From NCBI GenBank assembly GCA_043228905.1, contig JBHGNT010000015.1:6138001-6202000 (forward strand): 64,000 nucleotides of DNA. The letters are read 5' to 3'. Source of the stretch: Azolla caroliniana. Taxonomy: Eukaryota; Plantae; Polypodiophyta. The notes beneath the pieces are model-generated. The model had not been told where the DNA came from. It ran no database searches and saw only the letters and a program-made list of their open reading frames with translations. Positions 49,801 through 62,549 of the stretch are shown one piece after another (the first letter of the stretch is position 1; every line of letters starts with the position of its first letter). Both the position numbers and the translations under genes were made by a program.

Positions 49801-52298
49801 AACTAAGGCATCTGGAGAAAACGATTTATTTTTATCAACAAACCAGCTAACAACGTGAACCATATAATCGCAATCATGGGGGCTGTAGAAAGATAAATCT
49901 TCACATATTGCATCAGAAATTCTCCTTGTTCACTTATTATCACCCTCTCTTATATGAACAAGTGAGATTATTATCTCCCTCTCTTCCCTCTACTATATGA
50001 ACAAGTGAGCTTATCATCTCCCCCTCTTCTCTCTCCCATTTGATACCGTACCATGAAGTGAGCTTTGGAATAGAATGGTAGAGATTGACAAGCCATTAGA
50101 GTACCGAGTTGTTGTTGCACGCATATATGAACAAGTTAAATGTCAACTAAAAATGGATAGTGGATTCTCAAAGCACCTTTTAAGTAACATGGGGGTCAAG
50201 CAAGGATGTCCACTACCACACTCTTTGGCTTATGTATTGATAAATTAGAAGTAGTGAATAAGGTTGCAAGAGAAGAAGGAATGAATGCCCCCAAATTGAT
50301 GCAACATGTTATCTTATTGCTTTTATATGCAGATGATGTGGTATTCCTCTCATATGATGTTGATAGTATGCAACATTTACTTGGGGTATTAGAAGAATTT
50401 TGTCATAGTAGTGGACTAGTAGTGAATGTGGAGAAAACAAAGATGATGGCAATGCAAACCATCCAACCCTATCATTACCCTATGCTCACATATAGAGGTG
50501 AACGTATACAAGTTGTTCAAAGTTTTAATTATCTTGGTACGCGCCACAAATAAATGGAGTGCATGCTTTGATTCTAGGCTTCAAGCCAGTTGGGAATTGT
50601 ATTACCTTTTGGAGAACCAATGCAACCAAAGTGATACTTGTGGATGGGAAGTAAAACTAATGTTGTTCAATGCCATGATAACTCAAGTATTGCTTTATGG
50701 AGTAGAAATATGGGGTGGCACCATCTCTCTTAATGCATGGAATGAGATTGAAAAAATTCAAAAGATGTTTTTAAGGTGGCAATTAGGAGTTAAATGCACT
50801 ACCTCCTATCAGGTTATGATCTTGGAAACAGGTGTTCGGCCCATAGAGATATTGGCACTCCCAAGAGTATATAGATACATTACAAAAGTCAAGAATATGC
50901 CAAATCATAAATTACCAAATCTTGCTTGGAATGTTAGATTTAAGCTACAAAAGAAACATAACAGTAAAATTCTCTCATCCGGTTGGGTTGTTGACATGAG
51001 AAAATGGTTTAGAAGATGGGGTGTGGATGATCTTTTAGAGCTCTCAAGCGATGCTATGCATTATGTAATGATTGAGGAAAGGTTGGTGGAATGATGAAGT
51101 GGGAAGCTAGAATACTACATTGCAAATATCAACCCTGAATGTTGGTCTAAACATAAGGCAAGAATGCCTATTGATCGTATCCAACCTTATCTCATTACCA
51201 ATATGAGTAGTACTACTCGTAGAGGCCTCACACTACTTCGCACTCAATCTCACAAGCTAGGTATTGAAGTTGCATCATGGTGTCAAAATGTAACAAATTT
51301 GAAGGCATGTAAAGTATGCAACAAAGGCATGGTAGAGGATGAATGTCACTTGCTCTTCACATGCTCGGCATATAGCGCAATTCGTTCAAGATATGATGAC
51401 ATATTAAGCGGGAGTGATAACTTAAGTGCCATACTTAAGACACCACCTAGAAGGTTGAACTCGCATGTGTATGCCTTATTCACACATAGAGACTTTGTGC
51501 TTCAATGTATGAATACCCCTTTTTAGGAAAGAGACACATATCAAGAGCACCTGTATACTCCAGTCCCATAGCTGAAAATTGGCCTCTTTATGGACAATAA
51601 AAATTCTAAATTCCTAAAAATTACACTAAGGTAAATTGTAAGGAATTCTAATATACACAAAAGAATCATTAGGTAGAGATAAGCTAAAAATGTGGGTGGG
51701 TGGGTGGGTGGGTGGGTGGGTGTGTGTGTATGTGGATAAGCTTGAATTAGTTTGGGTGTTACCAAACAACATTGTTTCCAGTTTTAGAGAATCTATAAGG
51801 CTCAGCTTTGGTTGGGAGATTTAGTCATACACATACAAAGAACCTCAATCTCAAGTATATTTCAGTCCACACAATCAAGTTTCTGTGCTTCTATCCTTCC
51901 TCTGATTAACCCTACTTACTCGTATGCATCCCTACTTACTCGTATGCATCACTCAAATACTAGATATCCATTTCTTGTTTGTGAAGCATTGCAATTCCAC
52001 CAACTACATACACAAAATGTCCTTGGGCGTCAAATTAATGTCACTAAAAGTTTGGGATACACTTACAAGTTTCAATAATTTCAACGTCACAATCGTTTTC
52101 CAGGCTGTTTGTAGCTGCTCATGGTGCACCTACCTTCATACCTATCCATGCATAAATTCACAAATATACCTACATATGACTCTTTAACCATGGTGATAGG
52201 AATGACCTTGATGGAATCTTCCCTATACACATACACATGTCTATACGTAAATACTGATACCCACAGACCCATATACCCACAAATATACATACATATAG

Positions 52299-52331
<33 letters not shown>

Positions 52332-52989
52332 TGTATGTATGTATGTATGTATATATATATGAAGATTAATCATGAATACGCTTTTTAACCATGGTAATAG
52401 GCATGACCTTAATGACTGATTCAGTTTGCTCATCTGCAGATCTGCTTCGCATCAAAGCATGTGAGACTTCTACCATGCCAAGATAACCTTCCTCGTAGCT
52501 TCGTGGAGACTGCAGATCAGGTTCAACTTACTGTCATGACAGGGACAAGAATACACATTCTAAATAAGTTACTCCGAATATTTCATTTAATGCCGAGATG
52601 AATAACCATGGTTTCTCCACAAATGCAAAATATTCCTCGTTGCATAAATAAATCAAACATTTTTGAAACCCACAGAAATAACCCTAGCTGGATGAAGTAG
52701 ATTGGCTCACCTGCCAGTTGGCAAGGCGGCCGTAGACCTGTCGGCATCCATTGATGAAAAGGAGGTCGAGAGGGGAGTCTCTATACACCTTCTTTACAGC
52801 GAAAGGGTCGCTCTTCTTCTCCGCAGAAGGATTCTGTGAAGACGGGGATGGGGAGGAAGACGATGTGATCCTCAAGCTGTGGGGAGGATCAGATTGAGGT
52901 GAATATTTAGTGCGGAGAGGATTGGATTGAGGCGAATATTTAATTGCGACACGATATGAGGAAGCAGAGATAAGAGTAGAGGTCGCCAT
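46726..52989 (-). CDS. D27: Beta-carotene isomerase D27-family protein (DUF4033), 5 exons, 268 aa, plastid transit peptide-like N-terminus
   Basis: Exons 52989-52711, 52509-52408, 48749-48633, 47286-47141 and 46888-46726, all GT-AG, total 807 nt in one frame. Motifs [58 protein letters not shown]. Paralogue (D27 or D27-like) not resolved. Confidence 0.93.
47141..47286 (-). CDS. D27: D27 exon 4
   Basis: [48 protein letters not shown], bounded by AG and GT. Confidence 0.93.
47528..47975. repeat. Tandem duplication with a 235-bp period in D27 intron 3
   Basis: GAGTGAAGGAATGTACACAA at 47566 and 47801, with continuous similarity over about 210 bp. Confidence 0.85.
48633..48749 (-). CDS. D27: D27 exon 3
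   Basis: [39 protein letters not shown], bounded by AG and GT. Confidence 0.93.
50039..51600 (+). mobile_element. 5'-truncated non-LTR retrotransposon (RTE/RTEX-like LINE) in D27 intron 2, antisense to the gene
   Basis: [23 protein letters not shown] and a C-terminal CKVC...[10 protein letters not shown] zinc motif, with frameshifts. Clade assignment is tentative. Confidence 0.85.
52408..52509 (-). CDS. D27: D27 exon 2
   Basis: [34 protein letters not shown], bounded by AG and GT. Confidence 0.88.
52711..52989 (-). CDS. D27: D27 exon 1
   Basis: Ser-rich [12 protein letters not shown]... then [14 protein letters not shown], donor CAG/GTGAG. Confidence 0.9.
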
Positions 52990-53072
52990 AGCCAGAAAGG
53001 AAAGAGAAGATTAACGCCTTCTAACTTATATGATGACACAAATTGATTACAACCAGAATAAACATAATAGAT

Positions 53073-55124
53073 TGTTATTTATGAACTCATGGACGTAATG
53101 AGTCATGCTATACCTACCTATCTTATTAGAGTCTTAAGCTTTAGTTAAATTCATGCCTCTCAATCATTTTGGATTATGTATGTATATATAGAAGAAGAGC
53201 ATAGCCTATCAGCTCTATCTAGAGATTATATTGATATGTGATTAGTGATCTAGATTAATATCTAATCGCTCTTTCATCTCGCTTAATATTCTATTCTATA
53301 ACACGTTATCAGCCTCTACCATAGCAATTAATTATTCTCTGATACGAATCTACCTTATTGTGACCATTAGCATGGCTTCTCAAGTTCTACAAATAGAGAA
53401 ATGCTTATATCCCGCCACTTGCGTTTGATGGGTCAAATGATATGACTTGGATAGCTCATGTTGAAGGCCATCTCACGGCGAAAGATCTCCTTCATATGGT
53501 AAGTGATAAATTTAATGATGTTGAGAACTCAAATGCTAGGAAGAAGGGAGCGGAAGCATTCATCTTCATCCTTCATCATCTTGATCTAAGCCTTCAGAAT
53601 CAATACTTCTCCATCAAGAATCCATCAACTCTTTAGAAGCAACTCAAAGCCCGTTTTGATCAATCAACGAATTGTTCTCGGCCCCAACACTTTGCATGAA
53701 TGGAATCTAATTCATTTTCAAGATTTCAAGAGAATTGCTTAATACAATTCCTCACTATTTGGTATCATTTCTAAACTTGTATTTTGGTATCATATCTAAT
53801 CAACAAAACGTTAAAACTACTTTTCATCCCTCAAAATTTATCTTTTTGAACAATATCGTAATTGTGGTTTTAAAATTTATGTTGAACTTTTATCTGCACT
53901 TCTTGTCGCTGAGCAACACCGCCAAGTTCTCCTCAAGAACGACAAACTTTATCCAGTTAGTCAACCTGCAACTCTACAATTCAAGGATTTGACGCATGTC
54001 GAGAGTAATTATTCTAGACGACAACATCGTCATCAACACCCATATGCACAAAGCCGAGGAAGAGGAAGAGGAGGAAGAAATCAACAAAGGAATCAATATC
54101 CCACAAGTAATCAAGTCAAGCCAATGCACCATCAATCAAAGTCGAGTCAAGATAAGCCTTCATCGAATTCATGTCTTCGATGTGTTTACGAGGGCACTGG
54201 CAAATACTTGCCGAACTTCTAAGTTTCATGTTGATCTTTACCAGAAGTATGACAAGCAAGGTCAAGTAGGAAACCAGAGGCTAATATGGTAGCCAAAACA
54301 TCAACGAACTCACCATCAATTCCAATCTTGGAATATAGTTTTATGGATCAACCTTTGGAATTCGAGCCCGAAGCTAACATGATTGAAGCCCCTTTCGACA
54401 TCAAGACTATAGTTGGTTCTTGTATTGGACAAGGAAGACGCCCCCGCCACTGTCCAACTTCCAAGTGGCACTTTCTTGGAAATACATGATGTTATCTATG
54501 CGCCTACCTCGTTAAGAAAACTTCTTGCATTTGCGGATGTGCGATGCAATGGATACCACTTCATGACATGGGAGTCAAAGATGCTTCATCACGTTTTTCT
54601 CACGTCACACTTCTTTCTACTCGCAACATGGCGTTGCCTCGACTCCTCACCCTTATCATCAAGTTGTGTGCGCAATTCCCATGTTTTTCAATTAAGTCAA
54701 TTCAGATGGACAACGCTCCCGAGTTTACGTCAACAACCTTTATTCGCTATTGTGAATCTATCGTTCAACATGGGGACATGTAGTACTTCATGTAACGCAA
54801 CTTCTCCGATTACAACCCTCATCATATCATATTTACTCTCCCCATCAACTCATGACAACTTTCGTGAACGAATTGGATCCTCAAACTATTCAAGAAGCAA
54901 AATCATCTCCTTTTTGGGATAAATGGAAAGAAGTTATTCAAGTTGAGCTAAATAGTCTTCTCAAACGAGGAGTTTTTGGTAAAATTCAAGAGACACCTAG
55001 TGGTCATGCACCTATTGGCTATCGTTGGGTTTTTACGCGGAAGCGTAATGATAAAGGAGACATTATTCATTATAAGGCAAGATTTGTTGCTCAAGGTTTC
55101 ACGCAACGATTTGGTATTGATTAT
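53073..55124 (+). mobile_element. Bianca-lineage Copia, internally deleted, interrupted in RT at 55125
   Basis: LTR 53073-53303 (TGTTAT...ATAACA), Bianca-type PBS CGTTATCAGC, gag AFIFILHHLDLSLQNQY, integrase IQMDNAPEF, RT YKARFVAQGFTQRFGIDY. Confidence 0.8.
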
Positions 55125-55589
55125 TGTAAAGAATCGGGTATGATTCTTGTGTAGTGAAAGAGATATGTATTATGTGTATGTGTGAGAGGAAACAAAGAAG
55201 AGAAGAGAAACACAAGATAGATTAGATAGAATGGGAACACAATGAAGTACTCAAGAAGAAGATATAAATTCACAAGTAAAGTAAGAGATACAAAAATGTA
55301 GCATTACAAGGAGTCACAACCGACTTAGTATGAAGTATGAGGAGGGTGCTTTATATATAGTCACCCTCTCTCTTCATTAACTAACTACAACAACCACTCT
55401 CTCTTGGGGAATGTGAAGACTCATAGTCATGGGGAATATATAACTCATTAGTTATGTGTCATAGAATATGATTCTATGACACATAGTTAATGTGTAGAGA
55501 GTAGTGGTGTGACTCTTGACCTTTGAGTAATCATAGATTCTCAAAAGGTGTGTTCACACGTTGCACTATGTTGAGCTTGATTCTCAACA
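55125..55589 (-). mobile_element. 3' LTR (465 bp) of a Copia related to the A/B/E family
   Basis: TG...CA. On the minus strand it follows GTTGAGCTTGAGGGGGCG and begins TGTTGAGAATCAAGCTCAACAT, as in A and E. Confidence 0.8.
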
Positions 55590-55629
55590 CGCCCCCTCAA
55601 GCTCAACTCAAGTTGGTTCCTTTCGATTG

Positions 55630-57466
55630 ATGTCCGCTTCAGCTACCACATACTGAATATTCGATCTTGGAGGTCTCATACCTCCCCTATTCTGAAAGCA
55701 AGTTGAAACCATGAATCACACTTTCTTAGGCCTTCGGACTTTGTGCTTTCGTGAACTGCTATCCCCGCTTCAAGCAAACATTGTTGTCGCAATCCAGGGT
55801 GCAGCCTACGACCAAATTTTTGCAAGAAATTAAGGTGCTCGTGATGAAAGAACCTGATGCGCTCTATACATGACATATTTTGTCTATAGTCCTTATCATT
55901 ATTGTGGTTCCATGCTAGCAACTTGGCTTCTTCATGTGTAAGTCTAGCATACACTTTACATTCTGCATATTTGAAGTAGGGGGTAAGAGGATACTCCATG
56001 ACAAGTTGACATCATGCTTCAGCAAAGTGGGATCCTCCAATTACATTGTATGGGCAATCATCTACCGAACTGTACTTGAAGTCTGCTACAATTGGGCACT
56101 GATCTGGGTCTACCATTACTAAGAATGGAAAAATAGTCGCATGTGGATTGATCTTCATTTTGCTTTTTCAATTCTGCACATGCACTAAATGCGGCTCTCT
56201 TATCTCTAGAGCCCGTCGTACCGTTTTTGGATCAATTGGTGGCCTCTGAATAGAGCAAATCGGTAAATGAAACAATTATCTCTTATGGAAAAGCTTTGTC
56301 TTTGCAATATTTTCTCGAATCTGATTTTGTTCGGAGGTGAGGATTCGCAAGGCAATCTGGCCACCGGGAGGAATTGCTTCGAGTTGTGTATCTTCCTCCT
56401 CATCTTCGACGAACTCGACTACTTCGGGCTTGTCCTCGTCAAGTTGTGTTCTGATTTTTCTTGTACTTATTGTGTTCTAATTTTTCTTTTCGGGTAGTCT
56501 TCGGTGGGGTGCTTGCTTGCGCAACCATGAGTTCTCCTTCAATGTACGGGTGCAAAGAGACAATTAAGTTGTTCTTGGTTCAAACATTTTTTTTCAAGGC
56601 TTTGGGGTGGCAGGAGTCTGTTATAAAATTGCCTTCATCAATCTGGACTCTTCGCAACCCCATTGAGCTATCAAAATCAAACAACGGGTTCAATGAGTCA
56701 TTGTCCTCATATTCAACGTTCTTTATTTGCCCGTAGGTGAAGGTCTTTCCCACATGAAGGTTTCCTTCACCTTCGGATTTTGCAAATATGAGGAGCAAAT
56801 CCCCTTCTTCCTCAGAATAGATCAACATCCATTCCACATGGGGGTAGCTCTTGAGGCTAGTATCCCCAGTCTTTCAGTTAATGTCCTCATTGTATTTCTG
56901 ACCAAAGGCTTGGAGGTTCCATCACCTGCCGACTCCATCAAAGTTTTTCGAGATTCTTGCTTATTCACGTTGTCGGCAGGCTTTTTGGTTGGAGAGGAAA
57001 TCTTCAGTTTAAAAGATGGAACCTTTTGACGAGGTTCACTGCAAATAATCGGCAATAACACAATGATATGAAATTATTCTTCGAAAATAAACACTCTAAA
57101 CCTTAAAACAAAGATAAAGTTCATTAAAATTAGTAGAAAAACCTCGAAATTTAATGTAACTTAGTATCCAAAACACTAAAAAAAAGCTAGTAAAATACCA
57201 ATAAAGTTACTATTTTTAGTACAAAAATAATAAAATATTCCCATGTTTTCAATGAGAACTCGATGCAAAAATAAACAAATTTAAAATGGAATCTTTTGGG
57301 AATCTTTAGAGAATCTTAAAAAACAGTTATAAGAAGATACCTGACAATTTTCTTTCCCTGGTTCATGTTGCCGATGTCGACTCGAGTTGACTAGGGAGGT
57401 GAAAACAGAGGGTTTGGGATGGCTATGTGCCTGTGCTCTTGTACTTCTTGAACGCGATAATGACAA
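55630..57466 (-). pseudogene. Decayed gene with a ParB/Sulfiredoxin-like domain, 3' truncated
   Basis: One frame from 56224 to about 55630: TVRRALEIREPHLVHVQN*KSKMKINPHATIFPFLVMVDPDQCP...YNVIGGSHFAEA*CQLVMEYPLTPYFKYAECKVYARLTHEEAKLLAWNHNND. The fold call is by motif spacing only; the 5' end is uncertain. Confidence 0.5.
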
Positions 57467-57608
57467 TGAGAAGATGACTTTCCTTCATATAATTGTTTTT
57501 TATTTATTTTGTTTTTATTTTAAAAAGTATATTTTTAACTGTGACTTATTATAGAATAAAATTTTGAGCTATTTTCGACTCAGTTGAGCTTAGTTTTCCT
57601 TAGTCGAG

Positions 57609-58789
57609 ATGTCCTCAACCTCGAGTAAAAATTCTCTATTCTCTATTGAGCCTTTTAAATTATCTAATAACTCGTTATTCTCTATCGAGGAATATAACCA
57701 CATAAATAATAAATGGTGCCATGTAGAGTCCAACGATGATGTTGGGCAAAGTTCGAATTCACATTTTTCGATCGAGCCTTTTAGCTTAGGTAGACTACGA
57801 AATAATAAAGTAGTTATAGATCATGAGTATTCTAGTTTATGTAATGTTGACAAGGATTGTGTCAATAAGCCTCTGAATTTTCGAAGAGTTCCTCGACAAG
57901 TGAGTGTTAAAAGATATAATTTTTTGTGTTTAGATCGCCAAATTGCATTTGATATATGCAAGCCATGTTCTGGGAATCTTTGTCTTTCAAATTTTGGAAA
58001 GGAAAACTTGAGGGGGTTGTGACAGAAGTATTTGTCACTTAATGGCAACGAACAAGATACATTCTTGATTTCACATATGCAACTTGTTAAGAACCACACG
58101 ACAGTTTCAAGTTCTCTAGATGTGGAATGTTACCTTTCACTTAGTATGAAGAGTTGTCGAGTAGCTTTCAAGATTTCTTATAGCATTGGTAACATGAGGC
58201 TCCAAAGAATTCAACATCGATTAGTAAAGGGCTCGTGGGTACCTTTCAACAATAAAGAATCTGAATGTAAGGGTCTAATTGGGCAACATGTGGTTAGATG
58301 GATGGTGATATATTTCTCGAAGCAATGTGATGTTATGCCCAGGACTGGAAGATTACATTTGTCATATAACTTCACTCGTCATGAGGTGTACCAAGCGTAT
58401 AAGGATAACATGTTATTAGAAAGTGTCCCTTACATACAATATTGGCATTTTAATTGATAATGAAGATTGAAGTTTAACAATGTGGTCATACCCCGTAAGG
58501 TCTGAATGGGTGTTTGTTCTATATGTGCAAGTTTAAAAAAGCATGGCAAAGTGTGGGACAACAGATGAAGAAGTAAACAATTATAAAAATTTATTAAAAG
58601 AACATCGAGAAAGTCAAGCGTTGGAAAGATCTAAAGTTATGCACCATCGTCAAAAAGCGCTTCAATCACCGGAAAGGTATATGTGCTTGATTATAGATGG
58701 GATGGATCAGAAGAAAACTTGTTTGCCACACTTTCAAAGGTTGCCCAAGGATATTGGAGATGAATGCCTAGTGCAAATGCACTTAGTAG
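57609..58789 (+). pseudogene. DGMDQ-type (Sola-like) DDE transposase, N-terminal part; continues at 63957-64000 after the hAT
   Basis: CRVAFKISYSIGNMRL, GVCSICASLK, EHRESQALER, MCLIIDGMDQKKTCLPHF. VQMHLV/GCLLY rejoins across the hAT. Superfamily is tentative. Confidence 0.65.
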
Positions 58790-59171
58790 TAACAATCGGC
58801 AACGGTTCGGTTCGGTTCGAAAGCCTCAAACCCAAACCGGTTCGAACCGAACCGTTAAGAAAATGTTGTAACCCAAACCAAACTGAACCAAACCACAAAA
58901 CCGTCTAAACCGAAACCATCTAAACCGAAACCGTCTAAACCGAAACCGTCTAAACCGAACCGGTTGCACGAAATTCAAACCTGAACCAAACGGTTCTTGA
59001 AGTACTAGAACCGTTAAACCGTTAAAACCGGTTAAACCGCGGTTTCGCGGTTTGGTTTTGGTTTCGGTATGAAACAAATTATTAATGTTTTTTCTCAATG
59101 CATTATGAACTTAACAAGTTATATCAATTGGCCATTATAATGATACATAAAACTTTAAATAAGAACAATTT

Positions 59172-60105
59172 TCTTATGAGGAAAGTTTCTCATCTGCAAC
59201 GATGAAAATTGCAACAACAAGAGCACCAATAAGTGCACCCATAATTCATTTAATGAAAATTGCAACAAGAGCACCAATAAGTCCACCCATAATCCATTTG
59301 TTGTGACTTATTCTTTGTGTCTAATGAAATCTACAAAACTAGGGATTGTTCGGAACCTTAGCAACAACTTCTTGAGACGGTGTTCCCAGCAAGTCAGTAA
59401 TGAGGTCTAACTTATGTGCAACATTTCTACCAGGAAAGAGTGGTTCTCCTGTCAATAGTTCAACGAATATGCATCCAATGCTCCGCATGTCAACTGCAGT
59501 TGTGTACTATAATAGCAAGTTGCAACCAAGAGAATATGTAAGGCAAACAAAGACAACACACATAAGTCCATAGAATACTTTAAGAGACCAGACAAGCATT
59601 TTCGTAGTTCATCATAAAAAATGACACATTTACAGGTCATCAGACAAAATAAAACATTCACAGGCCTGATGACCTGTAAATCTTCGTGTTATGGATATTA
59701 AAATCTTCTTACTCTTGCCAATGTTGTCATCCACATCACCTGACACCAAGCTACAATATCAAAAGCAACATCCTCAAAAATTTAGCATAGATACATCAGA
59801 AAGAATCAAAATATTAAGAGAACAAATTCTTAATTTTAAAGTAATCTAGCTTCTCTAATACTAAAAACCTTGAAATGTAATCATGATTCATGAATAAATC
59901 AACCAGAGAAAATATCTCCATTTAGAGAGTAGCAAAGTAGAAAAACTATATATCATCGTACCTTATCTTGTGCATGAAGGAGTGTTTGTCTCGGTTGATG
60001 GAGATCTTGCAATATGGAAACACCAAGTTCCTCAGTTTCTAGAATAGCCCTCTTGCTTTCTTTAATTTTTTCACTAGATTGATTAAGTCTCTCCAGCATA
60101 CGAGA
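59172..60105 (-). pseudogene. VTI1: Captured VTI1-type v-SNARE 3' exons with intron
   Basis: ERLNQSSEKIKESKRAILETEELGVSILQDLHQPRQTLLHAQDK/GT (59962-60105); AG/..VDDNIGKSKKIL (59680-59750); duplicated TM segment KWIMG.LIGALVVAIFI (59172-59300). Confidence 0.85.
59357..59506 (-). pseudogene. Captured 150-bp exon of a plant group D MAP kinase
   Basis: [54 protein letters not shown]. Confidence 0.88.
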
Positions 60106-60291
60106 TAATTTTAAAATGACATCAATATAACAATGGTGGATCCAAGTTAAAACCACCAAATCATGAATAATGAACAAATTTAAGTTCAAATGCCAAACAC
60201 TTAAATTTTAAATTTTAAATATGTCCATCAACAATATGAAAGTATAATGTTTGAAATTAAAAAGAAATATATGGGCAATTAAGCACGTGTT

Positions 60292-62549
60292 CTAACTTCT
60301 AATTTGACTCAACATATAGTCCACTACATCATCCTCCATAGCAATATCTTCCACATCTATATCCAACTTATTATACGCTTCACTAAAGTCTTCAGGTAAT
60401 GAAACATTTGCCTCATTAAGGACATCCAACCATGACCTAATGCACATTTCAGCCTTGAAAGTGCGTGAGTGTAGACGAATTCTATCGTGAAAGTTATCTT
60501 TTGCTTCAGAATTAGCCTCCTCTGAAGGCACTGATGATGTTGGTATTGCTAAATAATCACACGCCAGCTTGTACATTCGAGGTAAAGCAAACCTGGTTTA
60601 GATGTAAACAAACATTTTGAAACTGATTTTGCACAAATTTGATGAAAAATGTTAAATTTATAATTGAGAAATGTGAAGCAAACCTGTTGTTAAACCACCA
60701 TTGAAGTGGATCAATATCTGTTTGTGCTACTACTAGAGGAAATCTCATAAACTGTTCCATTTCTAATTGTGAAGATGTCACTGATTCTTGAGAAGGCTTA
60801 TTGACACCTAAGATTTCCCAAAGATCTTCACGTTTTGTAACATCTCTTTCATGTGTTTCATCATTAGAAGCCGGAACATAAACTACATAATTTTTTTCCA
60901 AGACTTTGTGAACCAAATCAATATCCAAATTCCTCTCAATTGCGTTATTGGATATTGGAACTCTGAAAACATATATGAAGATGAAACACATTACGAAATA
61001 CGTATGAAAAAAATATACCAATCAATTTACTATGTATGAAAAAAGCTATTAATAGAGCAACATACCGTGGATCAAGAAAGGTCGCAATTCGAGAAGGTAT
61101 GGACTTCAACGATTCTTGATATCTTATCAAATATTGTAAACATTTGTCACTAGCTTTTTCTTGCACTTCAATAGTTACCTTACTTGTGTTAGATTCTATT
61201 GATTCCACATCCACTCCCAAATACTTGTTACAATGTGATAACATGCCATTGAAGGCAAGAGAAGCTAGTGAGAGGGTGGGGTACTTTGACCCACTTAAAT
61301 AGGTACAAATTCTAGCAGGTAGAAGAAGCCATTGTTCCATTGCTTGTATGTGGTTCCAATCATCTATAGTAAGCATACTATCAACAAAATCCGTAGCAAT
61401 AATAGAGTCGGCTATAGTGCAACTTAAAACATCTCTAAGTTTCAAGGCTTCTTGGTACATTTCTAAGGTGGAATTCCATCTCGTAATGATATCAAGACAA
61501 GGTGGCTCCCGCTCTCCATGCTCATACATTGATTTAGAATACTTTCTAAATATAGCTCTACGAACTTTACTAGAACGTATGGATACCAAAATATTTCTCA
61601 ACTTCATAGTGGAAGGTGAGATGACCTCTAATGCAGCCTTAATACCAAGTTGAAATACATGAACCATACATCTCAACATATTTGATGAAGGCAAAATATC
61701 ATCCCCATGCATATCATGTAGCAATCTACCCAACTCATTTGATGCCACAATAGCATCACTAGCACCATCAGATGTTACGGATAAGATGTTAGAAGAAATA
61801 CCGAAGGATTTTAAACGCATAAATAAAGCTTGACCACAACGCTTACCTACGCCATCACCAGGAAATACATGGAAGAAATCAATGAGCATAGACATTGGCT
61901 TGGTAGATTCTCTACATACCCAATGTAATGTCATTGGATAAAATCCTTTCAAACTATTATTAGACCACCCATCAAATGTAATTGCAAAACGGGAATCGAG
62001 TGTAGACAAAAAACCTATAACTATTTGACGAATGACAACATACATTTGCCCTATTGATCGTTTTAAAGTACGTGCTAACTTAAGCCTATACCCTGGTAAG
62101 ACATCATGCATGAATTGTTTAAAACCTAAGGACTCAACATGGACATGAGGCAACATTTCTGTGATTATATATTTTGTGACAACGCTATCAATTTTCTTCT
62201 CTAATGTGCGAGTTATTAGAAGCTTGGATGTATCTAAGGGATTTTGGATCATAGACATTGGACTCATACTTGAGGAACTATGTGGCTCAGATGTGCTATT
62301 AATGTGATGTTTTTCTAATAAATGTTTTGTTAGTGTACCCGTGGATGTATTAGTTGACCAAGTACTAGAGCAATGTGAGCATCGATGGCGGGGCACACCA
62401 TTATCTATGATATTTATCGTGTGTCGGTCTGTCCATGAAGTTCGTTGTCTCTTTGATCTTCCTTGAGATGTTTGACTTGTAGAAGCCGAGGACATTGTGT
62501 TTGGGGATGATAGAGTGTGCATTGAAGGGGCATCCACACTTAACTCCAT
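60292..62549 (-). CDS. hAT transposase, 3 exons, 687 aa, apparently intact
   Basis: Exons 62549-61066, 60962-60684 and 60592-60292 (GT-AG, 2064 nt, open). BED finger RCSHC...HLLEKH, ITFDGWS, TSDGAS, RCMVHVFQL, TRWNST, YLAIPTSSVPSEEANS. Confidence 0.9.

Noticed and set aside
57039-57340. Intron joining ORF 57281-57466 to the ParB-like gene
   Set aside because: GT and AG sites exist, but the phases do not match in the listed frames, so the gene model is not supported as it stands.
59626-59681. 16-bp inverted repeat ATTTACAGGTCATCAG as a structured RNA
   Set aside because: It is short and sits at the VTI1/MAPK capture junction, so a repair scar is more likely.
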